Assembly: GCA_001179505.1 (NCBI GenBank)
Contig: CDMY01000592.1
Span: forward strand, 263,957-327,956
Length of the DNA: 64,000 nt
Source of the DNA: Vitrella brassicaformis CCMP3155
Lineage: Eukaryota; Protista; Chromerida
Direction: 5' to 3'
Part shown: piece after piece, positions 26,433 to 37,490 of the stretch
Layout of the letters: the number at the start of each line of letters is the position of its first letter
Position numbering within the stretch: position 1 is the first letter of the stretch
Translations under genes and position numbers: made by a program
Notes under the pieces: model-generated
What the model saw: only the letters and a program-made list of their open reading frames with translations
What the model was told of the DNA's origin: nothing
Databases searched by the model: none

Positions 26433-29400
26433 GTGTGTTCAGAGTTTGGGCCCCGACAGCAGCACGCGTGACGCCGGTCCCGGGTTTCGTAGCGGGGGTG
26501 AGGTGATGCTGTTCCACTGCTCGAGGTACAACGACATCAAGGAGGCCATCCGGGAGGCCTTCGACACCAAGTTCGAGGACATACCGCGGTTCGTCATGTG
26601 GCAGAGCCAACAGCTACTCACCTTCGCACCCAAAGCTGCGGTATGTCATGTCAAACAGACAGACAGAGAGCCGGGGAATGGGCACATTGCTCGTGTGTGA
26701 CGGCGTCAGTTTCCGAAGTTCGTAGCTCGCTGTCTGCTGCCGATTGACAACGAGAAGGAGCGGCAGCACTGCGAGAAGGTCGAGCAATTCCTCGCGGAGC
26801 TGGACACGCTCATCCCCAACATACGACCCTTCCAGGTGCACTGCAGGAGGGAGGGAGGCAATACACAACACAGCGCAGGACAGCAGCATGTGTGTCACCC
26901 ACCGGTGTGTGGTGTCTGTCTGTGATGTGTGTGTGCAGCGTGATGGCATAGCGTTTGCGTTGAGGAAAGGCGGCCGTGCGCTCATCGGGGACGAAATGGT
27001 CCGTACTCACATCGCATCCATGGCCGGCTGCATGGCATGGCATGATGATACATACGCCGACTTATTTCTTCCTGTCGTGTGTGGTTCGTGTCTGTGTGTC
27101 TGTGTGTCTGTCTGTCTGTCGGATGTGATTGATGCCGTCTGACAGGGCTTGGGCAAGACCCTGCAGGCGTTGGCTGTCGCGGCGTTCTACTCCAATCAGT
27201 GGCCGCTGCTCGTCATCTGCCCGTCATCCATGTATGTCAGCAAACCACCCACCCCCTACCACACCCACCATTTCTGTCTGTCTGTCTGTCTTATGTGTAT
27301 GTGGTTGGTGTTTGTTATTGTCCTTCCTGCCTGCCTGCCTGCCTGCCTGCAGTCGTTTCCAGTGGCGCGACCAGGCCTCCCAGTGGCTCAAACACTTAGT
27401 CAGAGAATGCGACGTACGTACGTCAGTCAATCAGCACCTCATTAAACACATATATTGCGGAAAAGAACACACTAGCTCAGCTCAGCTGCTTTGTGTGTGG
27501 CCCCCACCACTCCTCCCCCCCTCCCTCCCTGTCTGTCTGTCTGTCTGCGTGTGTGTCTGTCAGGTATGTTTGGTGAAGAATAGCAAGACGGTTGTGCCGG
27601 ACGATGCCAAGATCGTCGTCATCTCGTACGACCTCATCTCGCGCGACAACAACGACCCCCTCAGGACCAGACCCAACGGCGAGAAATACAAGGTGTGTGC
27701 AGTGCAGTGCAGTGCAGCGAGGGGGACCCCGAGCCACACACGCCATCCATGCAGCATGACAGCTGACTGACCTGTGTGAACATCAGGTGGTGATAGCTGA
27801 CGAGTGTCACTACCTGAAGGACCGCAACTCCAAGCGCAGCAGAGTGGTGCGCAGCGCACGGCAAACACTCATTCATACGAAGCCGTGCCGTGGATGGAAT
27901 GCAATACATCGTTGCTCTCTCTCTCCCTTTCTCTGTATGTGTGTGGTGTGTGTCAGGTGGTGGAGATCTGCCAGAATGCCCGTCACGCGCTGCTGCTGTC
28001 GGGGACGCCGGCACTCAACAAACCTATAGAACTCTTCCCGCAGCTGTCCGCACTCGTAAGTCGGCAAGCCACATCACCCATCACACATCACACATCACAT
28101 CACATGCCCCACCCACTCACCATGACATGAATGACCACATCCCATCTGTCCGTCCACACATCCATCTCATCTGTCTGTCTGTCTGTGTGTGTGTGTGTGT
28201 GTGTGTGCAGCTTCCGAATTTCTCGACCTACAACGAGTTTGGCGACCGGTACTGCATGAAGGAGCAGAACAGGTGGTCCCGCCGCATCGAGTACACCAGG
28301 TCCAAACACACCACAGAACTCAACCTCTTCCTCACTAACACGGTAGGTCAGCCAGCCAGCCAGACACACACACACCCGCACACAAAGTGACCACCAGAAG
28401 CGATGAGAATGGATGGACACGTGTGTGTGTGTGTGGTTGTGCAGGTGATGATTCGCCGCCTCAAGAAGGACGTGCAGAAGGAGCTGCCGGACAAACTCAG
28501 AACCAAAGTGCCCTGCGAGGTGTGGAGGACAATCTGCCAAAGAATCACAGATAAACAGACACGCAGGCATCCACCTGTGTCTGTGTGTGTCGTCAGATTG
28601 ACGCCAAGTCGCTGCGGAACATCCAGATGGCCATGAGGGAGGCCAACATAGAGGACGAGCTGCGCGCCGCCGGAGACTTAGACGACCCTGAAATGTCCAA
28701 CAAGGTCAGTGTGCAGGCCACCCAGCCACACCACACCACACCACACCATGGCCAGCAACCTCCCTCCTCTATGTGTGTGCAGATGGGCAATCCGGCGATG
28801 GCTGAGATGTATCGCATGACGGGCGAGGCCAAGATCAAGGCCGCGGAGGACTACATCGACATGCTGCTCGAGGGCGAGTGCGAGAAGCTCATTGTCTTCG
28901 GACACCACCACGCTGTCCTCGACGGCATAGAGAAGAAATGCATCAAAACTCTCAAAATGGTCTGCACACACCCACACACATGGCACGTACACACACGCAC
29001 TGAGTGTGTGGCGTGTCGTGTGTAGGAGGGGTACATTCGTGTGGACGGGACGGTGTCGAGCAAGGCGCGAGAGGACCGCATCAAGAAGTTCAGGACAGAC
29101 AGCAAGTGCAAGGTAGGTACCTCGTCAACACAACACATCCCTCTCCTCCCGCCCCTCAATCAACACACTCACCCCATCCATCCATCCATCCATGTGTGTG
29201 TGTGTTGGTGCAGGTGGCGCTGCTGTCGATGACGGCGTGTGGCACCGGCCTCAACTTGACTGAGGCGGGCACGGTGGTGTTTGCGGAGCTGTACTGGGTG
29301 CCGGGGACCATCCTGCAGGCCGAGGACAGGTCACACAGGATGGGCTCCGAACACACCACCATCTCCGTCTACTACCTCATCGCTGAGGTAGGTACCTACC

Positions 29401-29967
29401 TGCACATCACATGAATGTGGAGGGATAGGGACAGACAGGGCGGAAGAGAAAGATATGGATTGGATTGGATGTGATGTGTGTGTTTGGTCGCTGATGGATG
29501 GATCAATCAGCACACGATGGACGAGGCCATTTGGGAGGTGCTGCAGAAGAAGTGGCAAACCGTCACCTCAACACTCGATGGAAGGGTACGCGACAGACAG
29601 ACCAGAAGGAAGGACACACCACACCACACCACACCCGCCTGTTGTGTTGATGAATCCAATCGATGCGCACACACAGGCCGAGACCATCGAGGCCCGTGTG
29701 GGTGAGACAGTCAAGGCCAGGCAACCGTCCCGCGGACCAGCTGCCGCTGCTGCTGGTGGTGGTGCTGCTGGTGGTGGTGATGGCGGTGACCAGATCATGC
29801 AAGACCCCTACGATGACGACGCGAATGACGCGGACATGGGGTTCTCGAGCAACTCGCAGCCGGCCAAGTCGCCCCCTGCCAAGAAGGCGGGTGGCAAGAG
29901 GTCGGAGCCGCCCAAGAACGTGCCCGACATCCGGTCGTTCTTCACCAAGAAGGCCAGGAACGAGTGA
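25422..29967 (+). CDS. SMARCAL1: SMARCAL1/HARP-like SNF2 annealing helicase
   Basis: [105 protein letters not shown] and [20 protein letters not shown]. Confidence 0.9.
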
Positions 29968-30453
29968 CTGACTACTTACAGCCGTAGACACACCTTTGGG
30001 GGGCAGGAGGGACAAGTGGATGGATGGCATGCGTGTGTTGGTAGCAGCCAGCTGTTAGTAGAGAAAGGTATGATGCATTGCGTTGAAACGTGCAATGCGT
30101 CCGGGTGTGTGTGTGTGTGTGTGTGAATGGGTGTGCACGATACATAATGGTGTGGTGTGGTGTGGATGCACCTGGCTGGCAGTTTGGACAATGGCGACTC
30201 GCTGATTCAATGCCTGGCAACATCAGTTTCCAAGTGATAGCCATGACACACGTCTTGAGATCTGGCGTCGGGACGCCTTTTTGGCTGGAGCCGTCCTGTC
30301 GCCCTCCAGGAAGTTCTAGGGCAAGATCTCCCCCGCCCTAGAGAAAAGCTAAGCTCGCAGACTCGAGGAGCAAGTGGTACCCACACGTGACCTTTGTCTG
30401 TTGGTGCTTTCCTCTCTCTCGTGTGGCGATGAGTTGATTTCAAGGACGAATCG

Positions 30454-32101
30454 ATGCAGCGGGCACGGTGGTATTACATCTACCCGCCTTTTAGGCGCTT
30501 CATCGTCGCTCACAGCATACCCAGGCCATCGACGGCGGCGTCGTCAGCATGCGGCTCTCCTGACATCGAGTCAACAGCCCGTCGGCCGTCTTGCCGCGGC
30601 TTCTCATCAACCACAGCAGCAGCAGCTTCACAATCACAGCCGGCACACCCCGAGTCGCTCATCGCGCAGACTCTCGAGGAGATGGCTGAAAACAAGGAGT
30701 ATCAGGCAACGCTTGACGACCTCAAGAAGTTTGGTCAGAAGCGGCTGTCGCTCGAGGAGAAGAAGAAGCGGCGGCGGGCGCTGCACCACCTGGGGCTGCC
30801 GGGGTTCGATGACTTCCTCCGGCAGAGGAACATCCCTCTGCTCAAGCGCGACACCGTCACCACCCTGCAGGTACTTACCTGCACGCAAGAACGGACAGGA
30901 CACATCACTATACTCTCTACTCTGCTGTGCCCATCAATTCCGTTTTCTCTTCGTGTGTGTCATGCCATTCAGGTGAACATCGGTCTGTACTGCAACCAGG
31001 CCTGCACTCACTGCCACGTGGAGGCGTCCCCCCTCCGCAAGGCCGACATGATGACGCCAGACATCGCGGCGCGGCTCATCGAGGTGCTCGACAACACCCC
31101 CACCGTCACCACACTCGACATCACCGGCGGCGCGCCGGAGATGAACCCCGTCTTTCGCACACTCGTCAAGGAGGGCCGCGCGCGCAACCTCGACGTCATC
31201 GACCGGTGCAACCTGACGGTGCTGCTCGAGCCCGGCCAGGAGGACCTCAGTGCCTTCCTGGCTGCCCACCAGGTGCACGTCATCGCCTCGCTGCCCTGCT
31301 ACAGCCAGAAGAATGTCGATTCGCAGAGGGGGCGGAAGGTGTTCGAGCGGTCCATCCAGGCGCTGCAGGAGCTCAACGGCAAGGGGTACGGCCGGCCGGG
31401 GACGTCCCTGGTGCTGGACCTGGTGTACAACCCTGGAGGGGCGTTCTTGCCACCCGACCAGGCGACGCTCGAGGCCAGGTACCGAGAGGAGCTTGAGCGC
31501 GACTACGGGATCGTATTCAACCGCCTGTACTGCATGACCAACATGCCGATAAAGCGGTTCGCCGACTTCCTGTACAAGCAGGGGAAGCTGGGCGAGTACA
31601 TGGAGCTGCTGGTCAACAACTTCAACCCCACCACGGTCGACACCGTCATGTGCAAGTCGCTCGTCAGCGTCAGATGGGACGGACGGTGAGTGAGCTGATG
31701 GGATGGGACCTGAGAAACCAACACGCACTTTGTGTGAATGTGTGTGTGTATGCAGCCTTCACGATTGTGACTTCAATCTGGCGCTAGACATGGACCTGCT
31801 CCCAGCAGACGGCGCCCCCTCCCAGAGTGACGAGGCGGACCGACCCCTCCCCCGGTCGGTGCTGTCATCTCCACCCCCCTCCTCCACCACACTGTGGGAC
31901 ATATCATCGCTCAATGACCTCGTCAACAGGTCAGCACGGGCGCCAAGGACACGGCAAGGCGGCAGATGGAGTGTGGATGTCTGTGTATTTCTGTGTGTGT
32001 GTGTCTTCAATCCAATCAGGCGTATAGCGAGTGACACGCACTGCTTCGGCTGCACGGCTGGTGCCGGGAGCTCTTGACAGGGGGAGACCGTGAAGAGCTA
32101 G
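30454..32101 (+). CDS. arsS: Radical SAM ArsS-family enzyme (arsenosugar biosynthesis, DUF3641 C-terminus); candidate selenoprotein with in-frame TGA at 32075-32077
   Basis: LQVNIGLYCNQACTHCHVEASP (CxxxCxxC), LDITGGAPEMNP, DRCNLTVL, ASLPCY, LVYNPGGAFLPP, MCKSLVSVRWDGRLHDCDFN, and HCFGCTAGAGSS-TGA-QGETVKS-TAG. Introns at about 30871-30971, 31685-31754 and 31930-32019. Confidence 0.9.
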
Positions 32102-33768
32102 ACACACACGGTGCGGCCCTTCACGGTGGGGTGCTTGGGAATCTCGTGGATCCACACATGCCTAGAGAGGGGAGGGGAGAGGGGAGGTCTGCACCATCCA
32201 TCATGACGTGGTGGCGTGGTCTGCGTGTGTGTCATTGTTTCGTGCCCGCGAGTGAGTCTGCCCCTCATCACCCCAGGCAGCTGGGATGGGGGCGGGTGAT
32301 AGCAGGGAGGCGACGGACACACACTCACGCCACGGCCACGTACACAACCAGATGGATCCATCGCATCATTGCGGCGGACAGGAAGGCAGGGAATGGGCGA
32401 GCGGTTTTGCGAGGGGGTCATCACTGGTTCACTGGTGTGACAGACAGTCATTTTGGCATCTTGCATGGTCATCCGTGCGTTGACATCGCATTCGTCATGA
32501 AGATTCTGTATCTTACCTGGTTCACATCTCGGCCGGCCATATCAACCGCCACAGGCGAAGGGCGCCATGTCCGTTGGACAACCAACTGGTGCCACGGTGC
32601 CCTTCCAGAGTGGTGATGTTTGTGGCCGGCCGGGGAAACCGGGCTTTCACTGGATGGATGGATGGATGCTTGTTGCGTCAGCTTTTGAGTTTGTTGGGCT
32701 GGCTGGCTGTACACACGAATTGAATGAGTGCGTTCGTATCATACATACGGATCACGATATCACTGTACGCGTGTGTGTCGACGAATGGACTGTCCCAAAA
32801 GAGAGAGTGTGTCCTTGTGTGCGTGACGTTATCAGCCGTTCAAGACTGCAAGGCATCTCTTTTTCATTTTATTTTTCACGACTGCATGGTGCGGGTGAGG
32901 GTTTAAATTGTGTGTGTGAATCTATAAGTATGGCTCGAGAGGGGTCATCCGGGGAGACACTACTGCAATCTGTCTATCTGTCTGTCAGTACAAGGGGGGA
33001 GGGAGCTCACAGACAGCACGTGCGTGTCCTAGCGTGTCGCTTGTACACAGACCCCATCCATGCCGGGATGAAGAGACGAACTGACTATGAGGTAGTGTCC
33101 AAAGTGACGAATTTCCGTGAAATGTGTTGGATTCGAAACCTCTGTTCTACCTGTTCTGCCTCGCGCCGCGCCATGTGTGGGAAGTACTTCCCCCGGTAGG
33201 TCTGCCCTGCCAGTGGCAGCTGAAGATCTTTCCTGTTGGCTGTTGACAGCGACGCGCTCGACGACACCGATGCCCTCCCGGCATCAGCAACAGCTCCACC
33301 ATGAAGACCTGTCACCGATCTGCTGGACTGCCTGACGCACCACCACCAACGCCAATGGCACCACCTTCAACCACCAATGACGGCCGCTTCGCTGTTTCCG
33401 ACCACCCGCCGCCGCCTGTTGGCGACCAGGGCCCCAGCCCAAGCGCCTCTGCCTGTGTGCACGATGATGGTGATATGGATGCGGATGAGGAGGTCGGCAG
33501 ACGGCTCCCTGGCAAGCACCTGGTGATGGATCTTGCGGCCGTGGTGTGAGGGAAGCGGCGCCAGATGAGGCTCTATCTCCCGGGCGTGGTCAAGATGCGC
33601 TTCTGTTGGGCCCTCCTGTGTAGGAGAGACAAGAAAAAGCAAACAAGGAGGGAGGGAGGGAGGGAGTGCATCATTGCCAACCAAATGGTTTGTTTGTTGT
33701 GTTTAGGTTCCTCTCTTCGAAACTTGCGGCATTTTCCGGCTGTGATGCGAGATCCAGGGCACTTGCAC

Positions 33769-36635
33769 ATGCCGACGATGACGCCCCGCTTGGTGCTCCT
33801 GCTGGCTGCATGTTTAGTGGCATGCACGTGCGTGTCGGGTCAGAAGGTGAGCGTGACGGAAGTGTCGGTGGACAGCGCTGTGGAGGACATCAAGTGGGGC
33901 GGTGCGGATCACAGCGTGGTGCTTCTCAAGACGATCAAGGGACGGCTGTACCGCAGCACCGACTCGGGCAAGCAATGGTACGACATTACCAACAGCCTCG
34001 TCCTGTCCGAGACAGAGCCTGGTGCGCCAGCCACGGCCATCACCGTCGACAGCATGCTAATCAACCCCGTCGACAAGAACATTGTGCTCGTCGTCGGCAC
34101 CAAACACAGCCACTTCATCTCCAACGACGCGGGACGCACCTGGAGGAGACTCAAGCAGCGGGTGCCGATCCACTCGTGGCAGTTCCACCCCACCCAGCCG
34201 CACTGGGCGCTGCTGAGCGCGTGGAGTGACCAGTGCCACACGGCGAGCGAGCCGGCCAAGACGGCTGCCGGAGGTGCGGTGACGGACAAGGCGTGCAACC
34301 ACATGCTGTATGTGACCAAGGATCTGGGTGTGTACTTCCACCTCGTGTCGAGCTACGTGGTTCAGTTCTCGTAGGGCGACGTCAAGCACAACCAGCAGAA
34401 CTGGATCTACTTCACCCACCACCGCACCAAGGAGGGCGGTCAGCCCAAGTACGGCGGCTAGACGAAGAACGTCGACTTCGCCGTCACCGAGGACTTCGGC
34501 CGCTCCCACCGGGTCCTCATCCACCATACCAACAAGTTCCTCATCTCTAATGGGTACACCTTTGTGACCAAGTCGGAGGACGAGGCCAAGCAGACGGTCG
34601 CTCTGATGGTCTCAACCGACGGCGGCAAGACCTTCGAGAAGGCCAAGCTGCCCTTCGAGCTGTCCGAGAAGTCCTACACGGTCCTGGACACATCTGAGGG
34701 GGCCGTGATGCTGCACGTCAACCACGGCGACGAGGGCCGCTCGGGCAGCGGCGACGTGTACATCTCTGACCACAAGGGCCTCAGGTACTCCCTCTCTCTC
34801 CCCAGCAACGTCCGCACCACCACAGGCGAGACCGAATTCGACCGCGTTCTCTCACTCGAGGGCGTGTATCTGGCCAATTTCAAGGACGACCCAGAGGCCG
34901 AGGGCGCGCTGTTTACTGCGGCGGTCGAGAAGAAGACCGAGGACAAGGCGGCCGAGCATCAGGAGGAGGAGGTCAGCCAGACGGCGGTCTACTAGCGGCA
35001 CAAACCCAAGCGGCGGTCGAACGCCGAGGATGTCGTCAAAACGGTCATCTCGTTCGAGAAGGGGGCCGTGTGGTCGTACCTGAGGGCGCCCAAAATCGAT
35101 TCCATCGGCAAGAGGATCGAGTGCCCCCCCCCACAGATGCTGGCTGCACCTACATGGTGTGGCGAATTTCCACAACTACGCGCCCTTCTACTCGGTGGAG
35201 AACGCCGTGGGCATCATCATGGGCACGGGCAACGTGGGCCCCCACCTGCGATACGAGGCCGACGAAGTCAACACCTACCTCTCGCGCGACGGCGGGCTCT
35301 CGTGGGTGGAAGCCCACAAGGGCGCCTTCATCTACGAGTTCGGCGACCACGGGGGGCTGATCGTCATGGCCGACGACCTGCACAAGACCAACCAGGTGGT
35401 CTTCTCGTGGAACGAGGGCCAGTCCTGGTACGACTTCGAGCTGGGCACCTACCCTGTGGAGGTCGACAATGTGGTCATCGAGCCCAACTCGTCGAGCGTC
35501 GAGTTCCTCCTCTACGGCACCAGGGGGGACAACGGCGTGGTCTACCACCTGGACTTCAACGCGCTGGGGCAGCCTGCGTGTCAGGGGGTATATGCCGCCG
35601 ACTCTGTGTCCTCCGACTATGAGACCTGGACGCCCTCTGACGGGCGGTCGACGGAAACGTGCATACTCGGTCAGTGAGTGAATGAGGCAGATAGACAACA
35701 CACACAACAGAGGGCATGTTCTCTCTCTCTCTCTCTCTGTGCGTGTGTGCCTGAGTGCAGGTCGTCAGCTGACGTACACGCGCCGCAAGCAGACGTCCGA
35801 GTGCTTCAACGGCCGGGATTTCTCCCGCCCCCTGGCGCGCAAGAACTGTGTCTGCACCGAGGAGGACTACGAGTGCGAGTTTGGCTTCACGCGCAAGATC
35901 GGCTCACTCGAGTGCCAGCCGGAGGACCCCAAGCTCACCGCCCCTCACTGCACCTCCGGCAACTTCTTCTACATGGACGCCTACCGACGAGTGCCCGGGG
36001 ACACGTGCGAGGGCGGCTGGGCGCCCCAGAAGGTGGCGGTGCCGTGCCCACACAACTCGCCCTTCAGCCGCGGGGCATACAGCGTCCTCTTGGTGCTCTT
36101 CCTCTTGTGTGTCCTGCTGGGCGGCATCACCTTCCTCTCCAAGACCGATCGGCTCAAGGGCCTCCCAGCGATCTCCTTCCTCAGCCAGGCGGGCTTCGAC
36201 ACCTTCGGGGGCGTCAAGTACGCTCGGCTGGGCAAGGGCAGCCACCGGGACGACGACCACCACGACATGGGCTTCATCGACAACGAACACGACGCATACG
36301 AGGAGGACGCCCCCAGCCTCATGACATACACCACAACCGAGTCGCGGCATCGGCTCAATGTCAACCACCACGCACACGACGAAGACGAGCACGAGACGAC
36401 CACACACATGAATGCGAAGCGGGAGGGGGAGGGGCTGGCCGATGACGACACCAACCGGCAGCAGCAGCAGGAGTCGTTGATGGATCTGGAGGGCGGGGGC
36501 GGGGCGGGGGGTGCGACAGAGGGTGAGAGGCGGGTGGCCAAGAGGGCGGCGCTCGAGGCGGCCACCGAGGAGGTACCCAAGTTAGCTCCACCAGCCAATA
36601 GCAAAGGCGGCGCCACAGGCAGCGAACTCATATGA
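33769..36635 (+). pseudogene. SORTLR: Sortilin/VPS10 receptor (TgSORTLR-like) with disrupted reading frame: pseudogene or recoded gene
   Basis: Signal peptide, BNR repeats (YRSTDSGKQW, STDGGKTF, LSRDGGLSW), 10CC module, TM helix and a tail ending ELI. In-frame TAGs at 34372-34374, 34459-34461 and 34993-34995, and a +1 frameshift in the C9 run at 35124-35132. Confidence 0.85.
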
Positions 36636-37490
36636 CGATGTTGCCAACGAGATTTGTCAAGGGATGGGTGTGGTGTGGGTGTCGATATGGATGGATCGGT
36701 GGATGGATGGGTGGCTACGTACCTAGCTAGGCGTTTCAAACATCGTGATATCATCACGTCACGTCTATAGAGTGAGTGTACTTGTGTACGGCACGGCACG
36801 CCTGTGTGAGATGCGACAGATAGAGATGAGACAGACGGGAGAGATGGGACATCCAGGCAGGCAGGCAGGGAATGATCAGAATGATCCCTAGATGTCGAAG
36901 ATTTGCGACGGCAAGAAACCTCTAGATGTCATGTGTGATGTGACGTCCTTTCTTTGATGTTTTGTGCGTACGCGTGAGTTGGCTGGAGGGCGGGTGGCCA
37001 TTCCTCCCTCCCTCTGCCTGCCTGCAAACAACACTCATTGCATTTTTTCGGGGTCGTTCGGTCCATTCGCTGTGATGTGATTGATGTGCGTGTCCATAAA
37101 TCTGCATAAGCAAGCTCTCTCTGCGACCGTCTCCTTTCGCCTTGGCGTGTGCGTGTGGCCGGCCATGTCATGATGTGACTTGTGTGTGCATGCCATGCCT
37201 GACTCCCTCGCTCATGCTCATGCACTACACTGATGATGATTTCATGGTGTGGTTCCCATCATCTCGTTCGACCTCACAGCATTACAAAAAGAACAAAGGA
37301 GCAGAGCAGAAAAGTCCTTATGTGCACACGCACACACAACCATCACTCAGAATCCACACGCACCAAAGCGCACACAACACCGATGACACCGAACCGAACT
37401 ATCCACAAAACGACACACCACCACATACACCAAGAACTATGTCTCTACCCCCCTCCCCCGTTGTGTCCTGTCGCACTCATCATCAGTTAG

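Noticed and set aside
34372-34995. Genome-wide reassignment of TAG to an amino acid
   Set aside because: TAG serves as an apparent true stop in other genes here (for example 32099-32101 and 7931-7933), and most Trp codons in sortilin itself are TGG.
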